Of a DNA stretch of 64,000 nucleotides, positions 35,890 to 42,410 are shown piece by piece. Position 1 is the stretch's first letter. Each line of letters opens with the position of its first letter. This DNA comes from a virus. The stretch is taken from the IMG/VR virus record IMGVR_UViG_3300001202_000001; one strand, given 5' to 3'. The position numbers were made by a program, and so were the translations under genes. The notes beneath the pieces are model-generated. The model searched no databases and was not told the DNA's origin. It saw only the letters and a list, made by a program, of their open reading frames with translations.

Positions 35890-36479
35890 TGCCAACAGGA
35901 TATACAGCATCCGTACAAGACGGAACAATAACAACTCTACAAGAATATGCCCTTAGTTGTGCCAGAGCATTTGGTGCAACTATCACAATGAGGGATGAAC
36001 CTGCTGATGCAGTAATTCCTGACGAGTTCGAACCTTCACCCTATCACAAAGATGCAATCGTAACAGCTAAGGCTAAGATTGATGCTTGGTTTGATATGAC
36101 AGATTTGCAGCGAGACGAAGCCTATGGTGAGTATTGTTTGCAAGTCACGAAAGACTATGAAGCTACGATTGAAAAAGCTCAAGGCTATCGTGATAATTAT
36201 GAGGCTATGTTAGAAAAGGTTGAAGCTTGGGAAGCACCTACGGCTGACCATACTAACTTCCGAGACTTCATGCTAAAGCAATTACGGGAGTCAATCGACT
36301 TTGACTGCTCCACAACTCACACTAAGTCTACACCAATGACTAAGGATGATTGGGTTACAGAACAAGAACGCAGCTTAGCTTGGTCATTAAACTACCACCA
36401 AGAGAATTGGGCAGACGAACAGAAGCGCTGTCGTGAACGCTCTAAGTGGGTTAATGACTTACGTGATAGCCTCACTTAG
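35889..36479 (+). CDS. Hypothetical protein
   Basis: 196 aa ORF, TAATG-coupled to the upstream gene. Confidence 0.65.
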   Translation: MPTGYTASVQDGTITTLQEYALSCARAFGATITMRDEPADAVIPDEFEPSPYHKDAIVTAKAKIDAWFDMTDLQRDEAYGEYCLQVTKDYEATIEKAQGYRDNYEAMLEKVEAWEAPTADHTNFRDFMLKQLRESIDFDCSTTHTKSTPMTKDDWVTEQERSLAWSLNYHQENWADEQKRCRERSKWVNDLRDSLT

Positions 36480-36481
36480 TT

Positions 36482-36781
36482 ATGAAAACCCTGCTATTCA
36501 GGAATAACACTTTCACTCACCATATTGGCTTTCAAGCTGAAAACAACGAAACCTACGGTGAGTTGAAAGTGAAAACTCGTGAGCAAGCTGAAATATATTT
36601 CAAAAAGTACGCAGCGATTTATTGCCTTGACCCAATTCTACCATTTGCCCATAAAGATTTACTAGGAGCAGGTGGCTTAGGTAAGAAAGACGATAGACCT
36701 GCTTATGTTTGCTGGACAGCAACATTCAGAATGATGGAGAGAATAAATGACGAAACAAGATATATTCGCCCTAGCCTGTGA
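36482..36781 (+). CDS. Hypothetical protein
   Basis: 99 aa ORF, 2 nt after the upstream stop. Confidence 0.55.
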   Translation: MKTLLFRNNTFTHHIGFQAENNETYGELKVKTREQAEIYFKKYAAIYCLDPILPFAHKDLLGAGGLGKKDDRPAYVCWTATFRMMERINDETRYIRPSL

Positions 36782-37196
36782 CCTCGCGGCAGAGTACCAC
36801 GAGGGCCAGCAATACCACGAAGATGGAAACGGCTACTACCTCGACCACTTACTGCCAGTAGCCACATCAGCTACTCGTTTCGCACAACCTTGGCTCCATC
36901 CACTCGATGTTCAAACTGTGGGAGTTCTACACGACATTCTCGAAGATACAGAGTGTACAGCAGATGTTTTACTCGATAAGGGTATTCCAGCTTATCTGGT
37001 GGAAGCCGTGATTCTACTGACAAAATCTTCGACAACAAATCGTCGGGACTACATTACCAACTTAATGCTAAACCCCTTATCCCACTGCGTGAAAATCGCA
37101 GACTCCCACTTCAACCTCACCCAGTCACTGATTGAACGCAACTATCGCCGCGTCAAGAAGTACACTGAAAACCTCACATGGATGATGATACAATGA
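36747..37196 (+). CDS. HD-domain (p)ppGpp hydrolase-like protein (RelA/SpoT hydrolase fold)
   Basis: 149 aa. H in YYLDHLLPVA and HD..ED in GVLHDILEDTECT. No synthetase domain. Confidence 0.7.
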   Translation: MTKQDIFALACDLAAEYHEGQQYHEDGNGYYLDHLLPVATSATRFAQPWLHPLDVQTVGVLHDILEDTECTADVLLDKGIPAYLVEAVILLTKSSTTNRRDYITNLMLNPLSHCVKIADSHFNLTQSLIERNYRRVKKYTENLTWMMIQ

Positions 37197-37477
37197 AACT
37201 CGCACTAACACTAGCACTCACACTCACAGCCACTCTTGCACTAGGTGGGTGTGGCGAGACAACTGAACTTAAGTTCCCTCGTGAGCACAGAGCTAGTTAC
37301 ACTTGCTCAATCGACCAGTGGGAAATGGTAAAGAAACGTATTAACGTCTGTGAGCAGTCTGGATTAAAGAGAAGTTGCCCAAATTATGCCATACGTGCAG
37401 AGTGCACCTATAAAGGAGACCTGATTGATGATAACAGTAACTCTAACCAAGAAGAAACCACGACCACACCCAATTAG
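37193..37477 (+). CDS. Lipoprotein
   Basis: Start moved to the ATG in an ATGA overlap with the HD gene stop. MKLALTLALTLTATLALGGC has a lipobox LGGC. The mature part has 4 further Cys. Confidence 0.6.
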   Translation: MKLALTLALTLTATLALGGCGETTELKFPREHRASYTCSIDQWEMVKKRINVCEQSGLKRSCPNYAIRAECTYKGDLIDDNSNSNQEETTTTPN

Positions 37478-37601
37478 CTTCGCATTATTTCAACTAGAAG
37501 ATGATGCAAGACCCGATATGGTAGCTGTAGTTGTAGAGATAGGTTACCCTATCATTCCAAATCCAGCCGCAAACAATCACAAACGCCAGTTTGCAGCTTG
37601 A
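37428..37601 (+). CDS. Possible small ORF (57 aa), not in track
   Basis: ATG 9 nt after AAGGAG. MITVTLTKKKPRPHPISFALFQLEDD... Overlaps the lipoprotein 3' end by 50 nt in another frame. Confidence 0.3.
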   Translation: MITVTLTKKKPRPHPISFALFQLEDDARPDMVAVVVEIGYPIIPNPAANNHKRQFAA

Positions 37602-37603
37602 CA

Positions 37604-37619
37604 AGTCTTAACTAGGACT
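37604..37619. repeat. Palindrome family copy 6: AGTCTTAACTAGGACT
   Basis: One arm mismatch. 29 nt upstream of ATG 37649. Confidence 0.8.
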
Positions 37620-37648
37620 TTAATACCCAAATTAACAAGGAAAACATT

Positions 37649-38230
37649 ATGACCAAAACTTACACTGTGGGTGAAATCCCAAAGAACAGACCATTCCGAG
37701 TTAAAGGCTCTGATATTGAACTTATCAAAACTCCTGATGGAGTTATGGCGAACACAACAGAGGGACTATCAATCATTGACATTGCTATACTAATGCGCGT
37801 CAACGACGAGACCGAAACTGACTCAATTCGCCCGATTTATACTATCGACCCTACCACAATCGTCGCCTCATTCCAGAATAACTTCCTGATGGACACTGGA
37901 GACGGTTATACGCTCGAAACATTCACCCCTGATGGTGAAGTTCACTTCGCACGATACTTTAGACCTCAAAACCTACATCGCGCTGTAGCGGCTTTACAGG
38001 AGCTTATGCCAGAGCAAATTCCACATTGGGCTAACACCCATATCACCCGACCCAATGGGTCACAGCAATACACAGCGTCTGATGTGTATAATGCTATTCG
38101 CGACACGTTCTTTATTGGTTATGACGGAGCCTTAAACTCTGTTGAATACATGGAACGTGTTTTAGCAGACGATGGATGGGTCTTCAATGACCTCACACAG
38201 GAGCAAACACTAACATCAAACGGAGACTAA
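37649..38230 (+). CDS. Hypothetical protein
   Basis: 193 aa ORF with AAGGAAAA upstream. Confidence 0.65.
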   Translation: MTKTYTVGEIPKNRPFRVKGSDIELIKTPDGVMANTTEGLSIIDIAILMRVNDETETDSIRPIYTIDPTTIVASFQNNFLMDTGDGYTLETFTPDGEVHFARYFRPQNLHRAVAALQELMPEQIPHWANTHITRPNGSQQYTASDVYNAIRDTFFIGYDGALNSVEYMERVLADDGWVFNDLTQEQTLTSNGD

Positions 38231-38231
38231 T

Positions 38232-38441
38232 ATGTCACAAACTACAACACAAACAAGTTCTGGAGGCATTGGCGTTCTAGGACTACTAGGAGTTCTATTC
38301 GTAGGACTTAAACTCGGCGGCGTAATCGACTGGTCTTGGTGGTATGTCACCATGCCCTTCTGGATTGGCTTCGCTATCCTCGCAGCAATTCTAGGCATCA
38401 TTGGTGTAATCTGGTTGTTCGCAACTATCTTAGGACGTTAA
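38232..38441 (+). CDS. Small membrane protein (2 predicted TM helices)
   Basis: 69 aa. GIGVLGLLGVLFVGLKLGG and MPFWIGFAILAAILGIIGVIWLFATIL. Confidence 0.6.
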   Translation: MSQTTTQTSSGGIGVLGLLGVLFVGLKLGGVIDWSWWYVTMPFWIGFAILAAILGIIGVIWLFATILGR

Positions 38442-38953
38442 CTCTTCAACCTAATATAACCAGAATAATCTGCATCCAAGTACCTAACTAAGGTTCTTCT
38501 AGGAATGCCAGATTTGAACGAACAGTCAGAGATAGACTCATAGAGTTTACCTCTGACTAACACTGGAATATATTTAGCTTTGGATAGATTGATTCTATGG
38601 ACATTTGAAAATTTAATACCTCTCCTAACCATGCTCATTTTAGCCTTTGAGTTATTACTATGGAGTCTACCTCCTAAACCTCCAGAAGAGAGATTGTAAC
38701 ACATTGGGTTTGAACTATCGACTAAGAGAGCTTCATACTCAAAAGCATCCTCCCTAGTATTAAACTCTCTCAAAACTTGTCGCTTAAAGCTGTCTCGACC
38801 ATATTTACGAATAGCTGCTTTCAAGGCGACTCCGCTACCCAAGTAGCGACAAGGATTACATTTACAGGAGTGAACTCCGATGTAATATTTACCATTGACT
38901 AGGTTAGTGGTTTTATATACTAAATGTTTCATGCTGATTGTCTCCTGTGACAT
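38438..38953 (-). CDS. GIY-YIG homing endonuclease (free-standing)
   Basis: 171 aa. VYKTTNLVNGKYYIGVH ... YLGSG ... R..E motifs. Opposite strand to all its neighbours. Confidence 0.8.
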   Translation of the reverse strand: MSQETISMKHLVYKTTNLVNGKYYIGVHSCKCNPCRYLGSGVALKAAIRKYGRDSFKRQVLREFNTREDAFEYEALLVDSSNPMCYNLSSGGLGGRLHSNNSKAKMSMVRRGIKFSNVHRINLSKAKYIPVLVRGKLYESISDCSFKSGIPRRTLVRYLDADYSGYIRLKS

Positions 38954-39021
38954 TAGTGTGGGTGGACTCTGCTAAGTCGCGACCTACAAACATTATCAAC
39001 AAAACAGAAGGAAAGTCAATT

Positions 39022-39165
39022 ATGGCCTACAACAAGCAAAGAGCCGAGTGTTTCAAGAAGCGTTCACTACATGACCTAGAACGTATTCGCGATAGTGGGT
39101 CACTTTCAGCGGCGGCTGCTCAATACGAAATTGACAGACGCAACCGTACCAACAACAAAAAGTAG
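39022..39165 (+). CDS. Small hypothetical protein
   Basis: Start moved to ATG 39022 after GAAGGAAAG. The upstream part of the track ORF overlaps the GIY-YIG gene start. Confidence 0.4.
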   Translation: MAYNKQRAECFKKRSLHDLERIRDSGSLSAAAAQYEIDRRNRTNNKK

Positions 39166-39174
39166 GAGGTAATC

Positions 39175-39468
39175 ATGTCTAAACTAAACTGCGCCAACTG
39201 TGGAGAAGTTTTTGTTTATATGCTCGATTGCCCCACAGAAATACTTCACTACGAGGATAACTCGGAGGGCTTCTGCTGTGAAGACTGTATGCACCAATAC
39301 TTCGACATGGAAGAATGTGCATATTGTGAAGAAACTCACGTCTGCGAACATTACGATGAACGTGAAACTTATGAAGGCAGAACTTGTAGTCAAGACTGTC
39401 ATGAGGAAGCCATGTACTTATGGGGCCAAAACCACGGCGACCCTAACTACGAACACAGGACGTACTAA
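39175..39468 (+). CDS. Acidic Cys/His-rich (zinc-binding-like) protein
   Basis: 97 aa with 11 Cys including CANC and CCEDC. Many Asp/Glu/His. GGAGG RBS. Its stop is 1 nt before the macro domain start. Confidence 0.6.
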   Translation: MSKLNCANCGEVFVYMLDCPTEILHYEDNSEGFCCEDCMHQYFDMEECAYCEETHVCEHYDERETYEGRTCSQDCHEEAMYLWGQNHGDPNYEHRTY

Positions 39469-39469
39469 G

Positions 39470-40015
39470 ATGAAAATTCAAATCATAAAAGGCGACATAA
39501 CACGGGTTGAAGCTGATGTAGTTGTAAACGCTGCTAACAACCTTCTGCGTAATGGTGCAGGAGTATGTGGTGCAGTTCACAAAGCTGCTGGCCCTGAACT
39601 TGAAGAATGGTGTAACCACTTCATGCGTAATCGCAATGAGATAGAGATTGGAACAGTTCCAATTTCACCTTCCTTCAACATGGAAAACTGCTCACACATA
39701 GCTCATACAGTCGGCCCCATCTATCAAAACTGGCATGACCTGAACGAGGCTTTACTAGAAGCGGCCTACCACTCAACATTTATCGCAGCTTCCAAGATGG
39801 GTGCAACATCTATAGCGTTCCCTTGTATCTCAACAGGCATCTATGGTTACCCACCTGAAAAAGCCGTGAAGGTAGTTAGACAAGCTCTACTAGATACAGG
39901 CTTTAAAGGGTCAGTAAAACTTGTATGTTTTTCTGACAGTGACTACGCCCTATATAAGAAGGTAATTAAACCTTTTTCCTTAAAGATTTCAAAGACTTAC
40001 AGAAAGTTCTTATGA
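39470..40015 (+). CDS. Macro domain protein (ADP-ribose binding/hydrolase fold)
   Basis: Start moved to ATG 39470. IIKGDITRVEADVVVNAANNLLRNGAGVCGAVHKAAG ... AFPCISTGIYGYP are canonical macrodomain motifs. Confidence 0.85.
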   Translation: MKIQIIKGDITRVEADVVVNAANNLLRNGAGVCGAVHKAAGPELEEWCNHFMRNRNEIEIGTVPISPSFNMENCSHIAHTVGPIYQNWHDLNEALLEAAYHSTFIAASKMGATSIAFPCISTGIYGYPPEKAVKVVRQALLDTGFKGSVKLVCFSDSDYALYKKVIKPFSLKISKTYRKFL

Positions 40016-40599
40016 TTATTTCAGAGCAAAAATTCATCCAATATCTAGCACTCATGGGCGCAATGTTTATGGTGATAGGTTTTGCAAGTGGACGCTGGAC
40101 AGCAGCGCCAGAAATTAAAACAGAGTATGTTACAAAAACTCGGACAGAAGTTAAAATTGTCCGACAATTCGTAACAAGCAATGTTGAACGAGAATGCCTA
40201 GCACAAGCGATATATTCCGAATCTCGGTCAGAGTCCCAGCTAGGACAATTAGCCGTTGGTTCCGTTATTATGAACAGAGTTAGCGATAACCGATACCCTG
40301 ACACAATCTGCGGTGTGGTAGAATATAAGAATAAGGGAGTTTATCACTTTTCTTACCAATACAGAAAAGACCCTAACTTTTACCATACAGCCAGAGTATT
40401 TGCAAACATGCAGGTCTCTGCTATTGAGTTAGAAGCTAGGGAGAAAGCATATGAAGTGGCTGATAAGATTTTGGATGGTGAGCGTAATTTGCCAGAAACT
40501 TCTCTCAATTACCATAGCACTGCTGTCTCACCTGATTGGGCAAAAGACCTCACTTTTTATAAACAGATAGGGTTACACAAATATTACACAGGATTTTGA
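40012..40599 (+). CDS. SleB/Hydrolase_2-type cell wall hydrolase with N-terminal signal-anchor (SAR-like endolysin)
   Basis: 195 aa. N-terminal TM YLALMGAMFMVIGFASG. CLAQAIYSESRSESQLGQLAVGSVIMNRV...YPDTICGVV motif. Confidence 0.8.
   Translation: MIISEQKFIQYLALMGAMFMVIGFASGRWTAAPEIKTEYVTKTRTEVKIVRQFVTSNVERECLAQAIYSESRSESQLGQLAVGSVIMNRVSDNRYPDTICGVVEYKNKGVYHFSYQYRKDPNFYHTARVFANMQVSAIELEAREKAYEVADKILDGERNLPETSLNYHSTAVSPDWAKDLTFYKQIGLHKYYTGF
40232..40247. repeat. Degenerate palindrome-family copy: AGTCCCAGCTAGGACA
   Basis: Two mismatches to the consensus, inside the endolysin gene. Confidence 0.4.
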
Positions 40600-40600
40600 T

Positions 40601-40852
40601 ATGAAATCAATTATACATGTAAACCGACAACACATTGCAATGAACGCGAAGGACAACGGTAATCGTCCTGTCTACACAATTAAGCGAGGCGGTAAAACTA
40701 TCTATGCTCGTGAAGTAGAAATACTCGGCCCTTCAAAGCTAATTTACAATGGTTCACAGTTAAATTGTGGCGCACGAGCTTGGATTGAAACCAACGCAGA
40801 ACTCAACCTAATAGATGAAATGACTTTTAAGGAGGCTAGAAATGCCAGCTAG
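40601..40852 (+). CDS. Hypothetical protein
   Basis: 83 aa ORF, 1 nt after the endolysin stop. Confidence 0.6.
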   Translation: MKSIIHVNRQHIAMNAKDNGNRPVYTIKRGGKTIYAREVEILGPSKLIYNGSQLNCGARAWIETNAELNLIDEMTFKEARNAS

Positions 40853-41003
40853 AATGAACACACCTTCACGAATAGAATTAACCTTCCATGCAGCACTGAC
40901 TGGTTTTTGCAGTGATGAAACAATGTCAGTTGACAGAGTTATAGAATATGCTCAACAAATAACAAAAGCAGTACATGGTGAGGAATACACAGGTAAAAAC
41001 TAA
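40842..41003 (+). CDS. Small ORF (53 aa), not in track
   Basis: ATG 6 nt after AAGGAGG. MPARMNTPSRIELTFHAALTGFCSDETMSVDRVIEYAQQITKAVHGEEYTGKN. Confidence 0.45.
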   Translation: MPARMNTPSRIELTFHAALTGFCSDETMSVDRVIEYAQQITKAVHGEEYTGKN

Positions 41004-41053
41004 ATTAGTTGTTGACAGCCACATATAATCCAGAGTAAGACGTGCAAATCAAT

Positions 41054-41130
41054 TCCCTACGGCCCCGACTGGCATGGGGGAAGCACTGTTAATGCTTTCG
41101 TTCTTGGTTCGAGTCCAAGGTAGGGAGCCA
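41054..41130 (+). tRNA. tRNA-Asn (GUU), CCA encoded
   Basis: Acceptor TCCCTAC/GTAGGGA. D stem CCCC/GGGG. Anticodon arm AAGCA-CTGTTAA-TGCTT. T arm CTTGG-TTCGAGT-CCAAG. G at position 8 is unusual. Confidence 0.8.
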
Positions 41131-41150
41131 AACAAAATGGAGAATATATT

Positions 41151-41258
41151 GTGAGCAACGCAATGACAAAACGAAATACAAAAGCTCACTTCCATAAGGG
41201 AGTGTTCTCCCGTGCCTGTATCAACCACCTATCACTAAACCCCCAACCGACTCTGTAA
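41151..41258 (+). CDS. Possible 35-aa basic peptide between tRNAs
   Basis: GTG 8 nt after GGAG. VSNAMTKRNTKAHFHKGVFSRACINHLSLNPQPTL. Could equally be non-coding spacer. Confidence 0.25.
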   Translation: MSNAMTKRNTKAHFHKGVFSRACINHLSLNPQPTL

Positions 41259-41263
41259 ATATA

Positions 41264-41338
41264 CAGGGACGAAGAGGCTGGGTCATCGCTATGCTTTGGA
41301 AGCACTGAAGTCGGGTTCGATTCCCGAGTTCCTGACCA
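41264..41338 (+). tRNA. tRNA-like element with UGG (Pro) loop; possibly a degenerate or pseudo-tRNA
   Basis: Good acceptor CAGGGAC/GTTCCTG, T arm TCGGG-TTCGATT-CCCGA and CCA. The anticodon stem pairs only 3 bp around TTTGGAA and the D stem only 2 bp. Confidence 0.35.
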
Positions 41339-41339
41339 A

Positions 41340-41414
41340 TGCGGCGTAGTTTAGTGGTAAAACGTCGGAATTTGACTCCGAAGAGCGCTGGTTCGAATCC
41401 AGCCGCCGCATCCA
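41340..41414 (+). tRNA. tRNA-Gln (UUG), CCA encoded
   Basis: Acceptor TGCGGCG/CGCCGCA. D arm GTTT-AGTGGTA-AAAC. Anticodon arm TCGGA-ATTTGAC-TCCGA. T arm GCTGG-TTCGAAT-CCAGC. Confidence 0.85.
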
Positions 41415-41435
41415 AAATGTCAAAACAGAATCTAA

Positions 41436-41511
41436 TCTAGGTAAAGTAGAATGGTTGACACGCTTGCTTGTGACGCAAGAGCATGAGGTTCGAATCCTCT
41501 ACCTAGTACCA
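41436..41511 (+). tRNA. tRNA-His (GUG)-like, atypical
   Basis: Perfect anticodon arm CTTGC-TTGTGAC-GCAAG and T loop TTCGAAT. There are U.U mismatches at 1:72 and 49:65, and the D stem pairs only about 2 bp. Confidence 0.5.
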
Positions 41512-41516
41512 AATAA

Positions 41517-41606
41517 GGACTCGTGAACCGAGTGGTCGAAGGTATCGGACTTTTAATCCGACGAGGTTTATCCTCCGCGTGGGTTCAAATCCCACCGAGT
41601 CCTCCA
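41517..41606 (+). tRNA. Class II (long variable arm) tRNA with UUU anticodon
   Basis: Acceptor GGACTCG/CGAGTCC (7 bp). Ser/Tyr-like D arm ACC-GAGTGGTCGAA-GGT. Anticodon arm TCGGA-CTTTTAA-TCCGA. 17-nt variable arm with GAGG/CCTC stem. T arm GTGGG-TTCAAAT-CCCAC. U73 then CCA. Confidence 0.7.
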
Positions 41607-41683
41607 AAAATGCAAGGCGGCTGTCCCACGCAGTAGGTAAGTCTTAGGGGTGACACTAAGATGGAATATAGGGACACACTTAT

Positions 41684-41759
41684 AGTACGGTGGCCGAGGT
41701 AGTTTAGGTGCTGGATTGCAAATCCAGTTACGTGGGTGCAACTCCCACTCGTACTTCCA
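41684..41759 (+). tRNA. tRNA-Cys (GCA), CCA encoded
   Basis: Acceptor AGTACGG/TCGTACT (one G.U). Anticodon arm CTGGA-TTGCAAA-TCCAG. T arm GTGGG-TGCAACT-CCCAC, where G at position 55 is unusual. Confidence 0.7.
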
Positions 41760-41788
41760 CTAACACTAACACAAAGAAAGGACTAACA

Positions 41789-42025
41789 ATGACAGAAATA
41801 ACAGGACGCCTTGAGCGCTGGACAGTAGGAGCTACATTCACCGCCACTAATGAATATATAATTTGGGGAGACTGCTATGAAGACTCCCGCAATCGTTTCC
41901 CTGATAGTACGCCTATTCATACATCGGGAATACTCCTATCAGATTACCCTATTGACGAACTCAAAGAAGGTATGATAGTGAAAACACGCAACTCAACTTA
42001 TCTGTTGGGTAAAACCATTCGGTAA
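41789..42025 (+). CDS. Hypothetical protein
   Basis: Start moved to ATG 41789 (MTEITGRLERW...) because the track start lies inside tRNA-Cys. Confidence 0.55.
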   Translation: MTEITGRLERWTVGATFTATNEYIIWGDCYEDSRNRFPDSTPIHTSGILLSDYPIDELKEGMIVKTRNSTYLLGKTIR

Positions 42026-42040
42026 CACAGGAGAAGAAGA

Positions 42041-42397
42041 ATGAAAACTATCACAAAAATTAAAATGCGTCGGTTCATCAACCGCCGTTCAAATGGAGTA
42101 GTTGAGCAGCTAGAAAAGCTAGTAGCTAAACTACAAACTTGGATTGCCAAGCTAGACGCAGAGCAAGACGCCGCTAACCAAGCTATGAAGCAAGAAATTG
42201 CAGCTATCAAGAATGGTGCAGAAACAGAAGTTGAACGCCTAGAATATTTGATTGCAGAAGCTAAGGCAAATGCTATCGATGCAGAAGCTGCGGTTACTGA
42301 TGAATACACAGCAATCATCAATGAAGCCAAAGGTGAAGCTGAACGTGCTCGTCAAGTTGAGCATAACATGAAAACACTCGTTGGAAGTCCTACTTAG
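42041..42397 (+). CDS. Hypothetical coiled-coil protein
   Basis: 118 aa with a GGAGAAG RBS. Its stop TAG lies inside palindrome copy 7. Confidence 0.6.
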   Translation: MKTITKIKMRRFINRRSNGVVEQLEKLVAKLQTWIAKLDAEQDAANQAMKQEIAAIKNGAETEVERLEYLIAEAKANAIDAEAAVTDEYTAIINEAKGEAERARQVEHNMKTLVGSPT

Positions 42398-42401
42398 GAC
42401 T
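42386..42401. repeat. Palindrome family copy 7: AGTCCTACTTAGGACT
   Basis: 6-bp arms. Overlaps the stop at 42395-42397 and lies 9 nt upstream of the tRNA-like element. Confidence 0.85.
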
Positions 42402-42410
42402 TCTGACTAT

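Noticed and set aside
38275-38310. CTAGGACT / GTAGGACT half-site words inside the membrane-protein gene as extra palindrome copies.
   Set aside because: They lack the AGTCCT partner arm, so they are not palindromic. They probably reflect Leu-Gly-Leu-Leu-Gly codon repetition.
41012-41029. TTGACA and TATAAT hexamers just upstream of the tRNA cluster.
   Set aside because: They are only 6 nt apart, so they cannot form one sigma70 promoter. TTGACA-18-TAAGAC is possible but weak, so no promoter feature was called.
41221-41415. 64-aa minus-strand ORF. The same applies to 42434..42694 (-) and the N-terminal extensions of 41708..42025 and 42464..42850.
   Set aside because: They run through tRNA or tRNA-like sequences. 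The plus-strand genes have better internal ATG starts with RBSs.
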